In this document: one piece after another, positions 13,489-24,500 of the stretch
Layout of the letters: each line of letters begins with the position of its first letter
Position numbering within the stretch: position 1 is the stretch's first letter
Assembly (NCBI GenBank): GCA_043228905.1
Contig: JBHGNT010000001.1
Span: forward strand, 7,998,001-8,062,000
Length of the DNA: 64,000 nucleotides
Reading direction: 5' to 3'
Origin: Azolla caroliniana
Lineage: Eukaryota; Plantae; Polypodiophyta
Program-made: the position numbers and the translations under genes
The notes under the pieces: model-generated
What the model saw: the letters and a program-made list of their open reading frames with translations, nothing else
The model's database searches: none
What the model was told of the DNA's origin: nothing

Positions 13489-14245
13489 AATATACATCCA
13501 CATTCTTATTGTTGTTATGATTGAATCAAGGAGCGAGATGAAGCTCCCACTTCGAAAACATTTCCAAAGACAACTACTAGCATCATGTGGAAGTATAACC
13601 TTAATTTACACCATTTCAGGAATGTTCTCCCTGCCATAATAATAATCCTTGATGGAGGGCTTCCATTTTTAACGTTTTCCAAGTAAACATCACTAGAGAC
13701 CTCACATTAAACTAGAACCTTAGTATACATAAACTCATTACGCAACTTTGTTTTGATGTTCCTATGAAAAATCAAAACATTTTAAAATTATTTTGTCTTG
13801 GGTCTCATAGCTTTAACATATTTGAACCCGATTTAGTCTTAAACAACTACTTGAGCAAACCTTTCATTTTTAACATTTCAAATAAACATTACTATAGGCC
13901 TCATATCAAACTAAAACCTTAGTATAGATCCACCCGACATTGTCATGTTTCTATAAAAACTCAAAAACACTTTTAAATATTCCCATCTTGGCTCTTTGGC
14001 TTGAGCATATCAAACTAAAACCTTAGTGTACATACACTCGACATTGTTTCATGTTTTTATAAAAACTCAAAACGCTTTTAAATATTCCCATCTAGACTCT
14101 CCCGACGTGAAAATCTAGACTTGAACAACTACTTGAGAAAATCACAAGATTATCATCTACACCAATTACTTCATAAAATCATACTATCAATTTTCAAATA
14201 TTAATAATTAGAGTGGCATAGTGCAAGAAAGGTTTGTAATTACTA

Positions 14246-14317
14246 ATTAGGGCGACTTAGTAGATGCGTAGTGAGTTGAACACCCATTGGTTCAAGGATG
14301 GAATCATAGCTCTAAAA
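14246..14317 (+). pseudogene. Highly degenerate tRNA-iMet-derived unit D
   Basis: 72 nt, ungapped, about 60-65% identical, followed by the same tail (ttcttattgtt...tttaaacattttcaaaga) as units A and B. Confidence 0.6.
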
Positions 14318-14837
14318 CACATGCATATGTTCTTATTGTTTCTATCATTGGAGCAATGACATTGGAGATTGAGCTTTTCTCTTTAAACATTTTCAAAGAG
14401 TGGCAGCAATGCCTTATGGAAATGAAACCTTAATTTAGCTTAACTTGACCATTCTCTCGTGACTATAATACTCGACTTACGATCACCAATGAAGTATTAA
14501 ATTGACAATACTAATTGGAGCAATTAACTAAAAACATATGCTTTCATTTTAAACATTTCTAGATATTGCCATATGTATCATATCAAACTAGAACCTTAGA
14601 TTGAAAATAATTTGTTATTTCTGTTAACAAATTAATTTTAATAGTTTGTGATGTAACCATTTCTGATATGTTTTGACCCTAAGGTTGAAGTGGCATGATG
14701 TGAATCGCATAACCATCAATTTTCTAATTTGAAACATGTGATATATAGATGAAAGTTGCTTCAATGTTGGTGGTAAGTAGAGATACAAAAAATTGGTGCT
14801 TCAGAATGACAAAAAAACATTTTGATTGCACCATCTA

Positions 14838-16632
14838 TCATACAGTGCTTGCAAAGTCAGCAATCAAGGATGCCATCATCTCATCATAAGCGGGTCCCTC
14901 CATTTGGAAGTGACCAACATTGGGAACAAGGTGCATTTCGACTCGCCCTGCTGCAGATTTCAATTTGCTTTCTAGTTGCTTGACACTGGTGAAGCCATCG
15001 TTGGTCCCCATAACAAATAATTTAGGTTTAGTCGATTCTAGGATGGCTTTGTTGTGGCGACCAAATAATATGGATGCGAAGCGCCCAAATGGGTAGCCCA
15101 ATGCCACATATGCCACGACTCCTCGAGCTTTGTCCACAGCAGAGCCTGCAATAGGGGCACCTGTAATAAAGTTCTGTTAATTCGATCACCGGAGCTCACG
15201 CTATGAACATGCTCCATAAAAGTCGCTGTGTACTATCTATTATCTATGCGTGTTATTCTATGTACAAAGATATATATAGAAATGCATATGCTTCCAAAGG
15301 AACAGGCACACTTGTTATGTATCCATCTAAGTATACATATGCAAACACATTTGCATTCCAAGAAGCAAACACACTTGTTATGTATCCAGCTAAGTATACA
15401 TATGTCCATCCACCCATTCATCAATCCATAAAATGAGGAGCAAAACCAAAAATCCATTATATGCATGCATCTAAAATTGGATGTACATATTATATAATCA
15501 GAGACCATATCAAACAACACAGGGAAGAGAAAGAGACCATCCATCAATGCATATATACATCGTTACTGACATAATTCATTATCCATATTCCATCCATTTA
15601 TACATATAACATGCATACATACACTGTCCCTAGAGATATTCCATCCATTCTTACCAGCATCTATCTATGTTTCCATCCATCCAATCATATTACATACATA
15701 AATACACCACCCCCAGACATATTCATGCCAGCATCCATCTATATCTGCATCCAGACCTATATCCATACATGCACAATTCTATCCATGCTGGCATACATCA
15801 ATGCCAGTATTCATACATGATTCCACCCATACATCTGCCCATGTTGCCATTTATACATCCATCGATACTTACATTCCCCCATCTATCCGTCTAGCTATCC
15901 AAATTTGATCTATATTCCATTCAAAATACATAAATACAAGTAATGGCAACAGAACAAAAAGTAGAACAAATGAACATCCATGCCAGTATCCATACCTACA
16001 TCCATCCATCCATCCATCCATCCATCCATACCTTCATCCATAAATCCACTCATACCAACATCATACCTACATCTCTTCACCTGCACCTCCACCCATCCAT
16101 CCAACACGTCCATCCAAATTCGATCCAGATTTCATCCAAATTACATAATACAAGTAACAGAAACAAGAAAAGAAACTAAAACAAACGAGCATTCATCATC
16201 ATCATTCAAGAACAAGCTAGAAGCATTACCTGCAGAGGATCCTACGAGAAGCAGGCGATGTTGCGGGTAAGCTTGATGAGCCCATTCACACACAGCCACT
16301 ACATCCTCGACCTCGGCAGAGCCTGTCAATGAAGCTTTCCCTGATGACCTCTTCACTCCTCTCATGTCAAAGGTCACACAGTACATACCCATCATGGCAA
16401 GACCTGTGGCTGTGCCTTTCAGGAGAGCTTGGCAACCTCCAAGAACAGAGTATTGATGGACTAACACAGCTACCCATCCATCATTCTTCTTCTTGCTCTC
16501 TGACGTTGGCGATGCTGATGACGGAGGTTTGTAGATCCTCAGAGATAGACAGATCTCTCCTCCACCTTGATTATGAGTTAGCGTATCATATTCCATCTTC
16601 ACCTCTCCTGTTTCTGTTTCTGTTTCTGCCAT
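14838..16632 (-). CDS. Alpha/beta-hydrolase fold protein, 2 exons (16632-16230, 15160-14838), about 241 aa
   Basis: VLVHQYSVLGG, TFDMRGV, nucleophile elbow GSSAG spanning the intron, GYPFG, GTNDGF (Asp), VGHF (His). 726 nt, in frame. Confidence 0.92.
15400..16140. repeat. (CATC/CATA)-rich low-complexity tract in the hydrolase intron (also about 38720-39455)
   Basis: Perfect (CATC)n near 16000-16028 within a degenerate ccat/cata-rich, G-poor tract. Confidence 0.8.
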
Positions 16633-17271
16633 TCCGAAGAAAACCCTCACCCTAACTCCTAAACAAGTTCTTCGCTGAAATTTGACTACAAAATTTAAGC
16701 AGATCTGTCCTACTTTGCTCAGTTGAGATAAACCATGTAAGTCAATAGATCTGGGTAATCATGAGAATGGAATGCAGAAATATGAGAGCTAAGCCCAACC
16801 CTAAACAGGGTCTTTGTTAAAATAGACTAGAAATGCATACAAAAGAAGGAAACCCTAAACCCCAAAAGGTCAACAGTTCAAGATGTAGATGAACAAAATT
16901 TAAACCCAACCCTAAAGAGATCCTGAATTGATGGCCCAGAAGAGGAACAACAACCCTACAACTAACTCCAACAGATTCTCAGTGAAGGATCTACAAGTAG
17001 GGAGAACAAAAAAAAAACCCTAAACCCCCAAAAAAACAGGTTCTTGCTTCTGCGAGAGAAAAAAACCCTAACCCTAAAAAACAGACTTTTTCTTATTATT
17101 CTTGCTTGGGATATAAAACCAGGTATGACAAACAATGGTTTCTCAAAATTACAAAAGTATGCTTCCTCAATAAATACAAATGTCTTTGTTCTTCTAATGT
17201 GCTCGTGGCCATGTTCAAATTGTGTATTGATAATTGTAGTACATAATTGAGTCGTACGAATTCAAAGGCAA

Positions 17272-17275
<4 letters not shown>

Positions 17276-17327
<52 letters not shown>
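17276..17327. repeat. (GA)n microsatellite (shorter in copy 2, about 40592-40626)
   Basis: Direct reading. Confidence 0.95.
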
Positions 17328-17328
<1 letters not shown>

Positions 17329-17716
17329 CAAAGAGACAAATCCCGATTATGCCATCCCCATTCAAAGTCGTCAAATATATGCACAAAAGTGTAACATTTT
17401 CAGAATGCGCGTGTGGAATTAATCAGTTATTCTCAATGTTCAACGAAATCGTGAATGAGAGAGAGAGAGAGAGAGAAATAGATAGATTTTATTATCGTCC
17501 ATACAAGTCAAATATGACTAACCTATGGGACTATACATGAAACTCTTCTAAATGGTATGCATGGATTCAAGTAGTGACTCTCGATGTCCCCCAAATTCAC
17601 CTGATACACATTGAAAATCAAGACTCTACAGTTGTGATTTACTGAGATGGATGTGTTTAGGGAGTCGGTCATATTGGCAATTTCTAGAAGGCTGACTTCC
17701 AATGATGTCTTCAAAT

Positions 17717-17905
17717 CTATCCCATGTATGTAAGCATGGTACTACAAGTCGCATAATCGGTTAGGCAAAATATGCATTGCCTCGCATAGAAGAGAATGTG
17801 ATCAAAGTCAACGAGTCTCTTCACTTGTGCCACAATGGCCTATTTCACATCGAAGAGAATGTGAGCCAGGTCGTATTAAAGCAATGGTGTTGATAGCAAG
17901 CAAAA
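17717..17905 (-). mobile_element. Possible decayed 3' end of a non-LTR (LINE) ORF2 (copy 2 at 41016-41201)
   Basis: The peptide IALIRPGSHSLRCEIGH...RQCIFC resembles the R-x-x-SH-x-L-x-x-E-x-G...R-x-C-x-x-C C-terminal zinc-knuckle region of LINE ORF2. Confidence 0.4.
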
Positions 17906-18217
17906 GGAATCTATTGAGGTATCATGGAATAAGTTAACGATTCCCATCCATTAAGAGTCATTTATCGATATATTCCATACGAACGCGTTCCTTATTTTAG
18001 GAAGTGAAATTGGCGGAACTCGTTTGAGTATTAAGCACATAATCCACGAGCTCACATAATCGGGGTGGGGTGGGGGGGGGTGGGGGGGGGGGGCGATGCA
18101 TGGAAAGCTCAATATATACATATCATGGTGAACTTATCGTTAGACTCTATGGGAAAAAAATCATCTTCTTTGTGTCACGGGCACGGTTGATATTTATACA
18201 TTAAATACATCATAGAC

Positions 18218-18237
18218 GTATACATATACATATACGT

Positions 18238-18289
<52 letters not shown>

Positions 18290-18290
18290 G
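18218..18290. repeat. (TATACA)n microsatellite (also about 41504-41570)
   Basis: Direct reading. Confidence 0.9.
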
Positions 18291-18385
18291 TATGTGTACA
18301 TGTATTTACGTATATGTATTATGTAGAATGTGAAGTTCAGAGAGAGCCTACATAAAACGCGGCTTCCTTTTCCTTTCCTTTCCTT

Positions 18386-18485
18386 NNNNNNNNNNNNNNN
18401 NNNNNNNNNNNNNNNNNNNNNNNNNNNNNNNNNNNNNNNNNNNNNNNNNNNNNNNNNNNNNNNNNNNNNNNNNNNNNNNNNNNNN
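18386..18485. other. Assembly gap of 100 N (unknown-size placeholder)
   Basis: Run of N. Confidence 0.99.
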
Positions 18486-18512
18486 ATGTCTTGATATAAT
18501 ATTAGTCGACAG

Positions 18513-21500
18513 GCCCTAGCAGGCGAGATGACGGCTGCATTTAGCCATCGGCTGGGTCCGTTGAATGTGGTGGTTCGAGAACTTACAGGAGATATGCAAC
18601 TAACTAAAAGGGAGCTTGAGGAGACCCAGGTTTTGGGAATTTACATTGCTGACCGTATAGTGTTCTTTGTAGGCCATTTTCTTACTATGATGTTTTGCAT
18701 TCTAGATGATTGTGACAACTCCTGAAAAATGGGATGTCATTACACGAAAAACTAGTGACATGGCTATGGCAGTGTTGGTAAAGCTGTTAATCATTGATGA
18801 AGTCCATCTCCTGAATGATGATAGAGGACCTGTAATTGAAGCCCTGGTAGCACGTACTCTACGACAGGTAAAAACTAGCTTTATAAAACTTTTGTTATCG
18901 AACAAGTTTCCGTTTGATCTTCAGATCTTTGAATTTTATTGCCAAAACGTGGAGTGTACAGGTAGAGTCATCACAGAGCATGATACGCATAGTTGGCCTG
19001 TCAGCTACACTACCCAATTATAGAGAGGTAAATTCGTTACTTCTATTTTTTGTTGGAGTTAAGATTCAATAAGGCAAGCATGCAGATTTGGACTGATGAT
19101 ATATAAATGATTACATTGAATTTTGTTAGATGATTATGAATTGTCAATACTAATGTTGATTAATTTTCATGCGCCCTATGTGATATGCAAGGATCTGATT
19201 GTCTGCATATTACTGATGATGAAACTTTTGGATAGGTTGCTCGATTTCTGGGTGTGAATGCAGACACAGGACTGTTCTTCTTTGATAGTAGTTATCGTCC
19301 GGTGCCTCTTACCCAGCAGTATATTGGTGTTACTGAAACCAATTTTATGGCCCGCAATAATCTAATGAATGAAATATGCTACAACAAGGTATTTCAGTTA
19401 AATACATTTTCTCAATTAATGATGGGCATAATGTTATGTAAACATACTGAACCTTGTCTTTCAATTCAGTTTCTTCGTGGTGATATATTACCCCTCAATG
19501 TGTTATACAGGTGCTGGATGCTGTAAAACGTGAGAAGCAGGCAATGGTGTTTGTGCATTCACGCAAAGATACTGGAAAAGTTGCACAAATCTTGGTAAAA
19601 CTATTTCCTTTACATTTATTCTGTTAATCATTGCTGTTCACAAAGATGTCAAGACAACCTTAGCAGTGTTCCATTGGCAAAGGATACCATCACATAACCA
19701 ATGTCAGATGCCTAACAGGGAAAATAAATTAAAAGTTAACTATTTCCCAAGCAGAATGCAGTATGAGACACTGCATATGATATTAAGTTGAGTGTGAAAA
19801 ATATAGTTCTTGCATACAGTTTTTTTCTGGAGCAGGCTATTATTGTATGAGCAACTGCATACGGCATCAAATTAAACAGGAAAAATGAAGTGTACACACA
19901 TCATCGAGACACTCACTGTTTGATTCAGATCTAGAGCATCTCGTACGATAGCTCATATGGATCATTTTGTGGCATTTCTTTTCTTTTTGAGTCGTGCTTT
20001 CAGGAAATTGCAGCACCATTGGGTAAACCTCTTCATGTTCCCTAGTTGTATCTTTTGAGAATCACAGCATTGTGTCCTCGGCACTGTGGCTATAATTATA
20101 GATGAGCATAATACCATATGGGATTTCAAAATCATATTTCTTACTTTTAGGTTTGTTTTGCCCCCAATTCCACATGTAAGCAAATTGATACAGACAATGC
20201 GAAAAGACTATATAACTTAGGATATTTGTTCCCTCTGGAGCTCAGGCTACTTCAAAAGGACTTCCAGAAGGATAGTTGGAAAAGAAAAATCATTTGCCTC
20301 CCCGCCTTGATGATCTTTCCTTACTAGAAATTTATTTGAGACTTCCTGTAGCAGTTCCAAGTTCCAACAATTCAGAAAGATGGAATGATGGGTTGGGGAA
20401 ATTGTCCTTGAAGAGGTAACCAAGGACCTAATCATGATTTTCACTGCCCTTCAGGCTTGTTGAGGGCCGTATCAGTTATGTTTCATTTCTCCATACCTCT
20501 ATTTTCTTGCTTATAAATACGTTTCTTCTTCTGATGCCCAAGTGTTTTTCTAGCAACTGAAGCGATAATGGATCCTGGTTCTCCATATACTCAAAACTGT
20601 ATCTATAATATTCATAGTCATAGTTTTCCTTACATGTGGAAAATATTAGTCATTTGAATCAGTAGATACTATTCAATGACTCGACAAGTCTGCTTATATG
20701 CATACATATATCCATGCAAGTTCTCTGATAAGATTGATTCATGGGAATTGCAGGCTGAAATGGCACAGAAGAACGGAGAAATAGACCATTTTACTGATGA
20801 AGATCATCCCCAGCTTGGACTTTTTAAGGTATTTTCAATAACCTTGTTATGTAAATGATCGTCTATCACTAGAATGTATCCGTTTAACCTCTGTTCTGCC
20901 AAGAGGAATCATCAAGCACACATTTTTCATTCTGTTTTTAACGCAATATTTCAGAAAGAAGTTGCAAAGTCCAGAAATCGCCAGTTGAGTGAGCTCTTCC
21001 TGTCAGGATTTGGAATTCATCATGCTGGCATGCTGAGGTCTGATCGGAATCTTACAGAAAGGTTATTTTCAATAGGGCTAATAAAGGTAACACTTCTAGT
21101 AAAGTCAAGTGGCTATCGTGGGTATTTTTCTGGTCAAAAGTTTTGTGTTCATGATCTATTTGCAATGTGCATAGGTCCTTGTATGTACTGCAACATTAGC
21201 GTGGGGAGTGAATTTGCCAGCACACACTGTTGTTATCAAGGTATGATTATACGAGAACTGTTTATGTCGAGTTTGACCTGCTACATCAATTTTATCTTCT
21301 ATCTCACTGACCTTTAAGTTAATCTGGTGTTTCAAATTTGATTTTCTGGTTGAATAGGGAACACAGCTGTATGATCCAAAAGCTGGAGGCTGGCGTGAAC
21401 TAGGAATGCTTGATGTTATGCAGGTGATCTTCATGAAAACAATGGTTCTAATTTTGGATAGAGCTTCAATTCCCCAGTTTGACAAGTCTAATAGATGTTT

Positions 21501-24500
21501 GATGCAGATATTTGGACGAGCAGGTAGACCCCAATTTGATAAAAGTGGAGAAGGAATCATCATCACAACGCATGATAAGCTTGCATACTATCTCAGGCTT
21601 CTTACCCATCAATTACCCATTGAGAGCCAGGTCTTAGCTCACAATTCTGGTTAAAACCTATGAGATTTTCCATTCTCCTTCTTCATTACTGTATTAAACA
21701 CAGCCCTTGTGATTCTGCAGTTTGTAAGCTCTTTGAAGGATAATTTAAATGCAGAAGTTGTATTAGGTACCGTGACAAATGTAAAGGAGGGTTGTGCTTG
21801 GCTTGGGTATACATATTTGTTTGTGAGAATGTCTTCAAATCCCCTTGCATATGGGATGACTTGGAATGAGGTATGAAATGTGGACTTTACTTCTATATGT
21901 AATGCACAGGCATTGTAAGCTTTGTTCGTAAAGAATGAAAATATCATGTGACTATGCATGGGTAGACATCCCCATAAACTTATGTATCTGAAAAGTTATT
22001 TATTTGTTTCCAGGTTCTTAATGATCCTAATCTGACAGCGAGAAGAAAGGCTCTTATTACTGATGCTGCACGTGCTCTGGATAAAGCTAAGATGATGGCA
22101 TTTGATGAGAAAAGTGGGAACTTGTATGTAACTGATCTTGGACGTGTTGCGAGTCACTATTATATTCAGTACACAAGTGTGGAGACATACAACAACATGC
22201 TGAAACAGCATATGAATGAGAGTGATGTAGAGTCTTATTCAAATTTACTGATATTTTTGTCATGTTTACAAAGCTTGAATTTCTGAAAATTTGGTCACTT
22301 GGTAATCATCAGCTAATTGATCTTGTCGCACACTCCTCCGAGTTTGAGAATATAATGGTAAGAGAGGAAGAACAAGAGGAGCTACAAAGGCTTCGCCATG
22401 AAGCTTGTCCTTTAGAGGTTCGTCGTGGACCTGAGGACAAGATTGGAAAGATTAGCATTCTCATTCAGGTTTGGCTTGCTAACCAAATAGTCATATGTGG
22501 TTCTTTCTTGGTGGAGGTTCAGTGGACTCCATCCTTATTTTTTTAAATATCAATCCTTCATAGGTCTTTGATAAAGAAAACAAGTTACATGCTAATTTCA
22601 TGTCATAAAAATGACGTGAAAATGGTGATGTCGTGCACTTGAACAAAGAACTTATCTCATTGTTGGAATTCAAAGAAAAATGCCATTTATCATAAAAATA
22701 ATTATTGGTTTTGTCCAGTAGAAAACTAGGGTTATGATGCTTTGGATGGAAATCTTGGCCATACCTTGTTATATAGGGAAGCTACATAGCTTAGGTACAA
22801 TTGAATTTTGTTCTATTTTACCAGACATTCTGTAAGATTAACAGGCTGCAACCTTTGGTCTTGAAGAACACTTCTATTTTTCGAACATGGAATTTATTTC
22901 ATTTCTTGGCGAACATGTTAATTCTCACGTCCCATGGTTGTTTCAACTTGTATGCACCATTCTGTAGCTTCCAGACTTTGTGTTTCTCATCAAATACTTT
23001 CAGTCAGTGGGTGCACGATTACATCTCCTGCAGTGTCGCTTCATGACTATTAATGCATGATTATCGTCCCTTTGCTCAGGAGATTTGTTGGAAAATCTCT
23101 TTGAGATCTTATGTCACACTCATCCTTCCAAAAGCTCCATTTATCTCTTCTTTATCTCAAGATTAGAAAATTATTTAATTGCTAGAGGACTGGAATGGTA
23201 GCTGCCTTGCACAGTTGATATATCGTGTGGAAGGAATGCTCTGGTTACATGTAACACCATAGACCAAGGTGTCAATCTATTTGACGAGGGGGTTTCATCA
23301 GGGTTAGGTATGCAATGAAAACCTAATGGAGGATGAATATCACTTATTGCATGCTCAGCGTATAAGGTAATTCACAAGAAATATGATGACATGTTAGACG
23401 GGCATGATAATGTAAGTGTCATACTCAAATGTCCACCAAGAAGGATGAATATCACATACCTATCGCATGCTCAGCGTATAAGGTAACTCACTGATGATGT
23501 GCTAGATGGGCATGATAATGTAAGTGTCATACTCAAATATACGTGCATTATTTTCACAGAGTTTTTACTACAGAGTAGTAACCCCTGTTCTTAGGAAGGA
23601 GTCACATATGAGATGATATGTTGATTTGGTCCCGTAGGTGAAAATTGGCCTCATCATGGAGGATAAAACATCTGTTCTATTCTATTCTATTCTATTCTAT
23701 TCTATCAGACGAGATATTCATATCATCACCATAGGAAAGTGTATAGGTATCCTGGATAAGCTCCCTTCTGAGGAGAGGATGCCTATCACTATTCATAGAA
23801 TGTTACCTTCGGTATAGTTTCTAATATTCCATATGGTGCGATTGGGAAGTCACTATTGCATTGCTTGGTAGAGCCAGCAGAGTCAACTGGAGCATAAGGA
23901 AGAATGAACATTCCTCCACAGTAGCAGAATCTTGGGAGCACATGCCCCTGATTGGGCTCAGTATGCAAGTTACTATAGCTATAACACGTCTATATACTAG
24001 TTTTGTACAATCATCATGAGTAGGGTACCTGCCAATTCTGATGTTTTTGGTACTAGTTGATATACACCCTGTTTGTAAAAAAGATAATTGAAAATGAACA
24101 CTTTTGTTAGCACATGAATAAAAAATATTTTTTTGGACTTCTCAGCAGTATTCACAATTTTGAATTGGAAACATGTCTCCTAAAGAAGCCTTAGAAACTG
24201 AGTATTATTTAAGCATAGTTGCTGTGGTGAAACTTAAAGCGTTGTTGATATTTTCCAGGTTTATATTTCACGGGCATTCATAGAAGGATTCTCGCTCATT
24301 GCAGACAGTGCCTATATCAGTTCTAGTTTGGGCAGGATTATGCGTGCTCTGTTTGAAATCTGCTTACGTAGAGGGTGGTGTTCCATGACAGCCTTGCTGC
24401 TCGAGTATTGCAAAGCAGTAGATCATCAGATCTGGCCACATCAACACCCCCTTAGGCAATTTGATAGAGAGCTATCTCCAGAGGTTTGTGGTTGTCTTTA

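Larger units (their letters stand above)
13060..14600 (+). repeat. Degenerate tandem array of tRNA-iMet head plus tail units and related ...aaaccttagt subrepeats (copy 2 at about 36355-37915; heads at 36534, 36739, 37562)
   Basis: The tail tacatccacattcttattgt..gattgaa..aaacatttccaaagac follows 13070, 13285, 13489 and 14318. catatcaaacta(a/g)aaccttag recurs at about 13705, 13902, 14006 and 14579. Confidence 0.8.
1..18385. repeat. Copy 1 of a >=18.4 kb near-identical block (left end outside the window)
   Basis: aggtgtcaat at 1 recurs at 23267. The last bases before the gap (ggcttccttttcctttcctttcctt, ending 18385) recur ending at 41665. The ORF track is duplicated with offsets of roughly 23250-23320. 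Confidence 0.98.

Noticed and set aside
13212-14317. Functional tRNA-iMet genes
   Set aside because: The A and B boxes and D-arms are mutated and there is no adjacent T-run terminator; treated as derived repeats.
15203-16270. His/Ile/Pro-rich short ORFs
   Set aside because: Translation of (CATC)n low-complexity intron sequence.
10401-16632. Biosynthetic gene cluster (SSL plus hydrolase)
   Set aside because: Only two widely conserved genes and no scaffold-forming enzyme.
18062-18093. G-quadruplex-forming G tracts (also 12439-12458)
   Set aside because: Homopolymer lengths differ between copies, so base calls are unreliable; no functional evidence.
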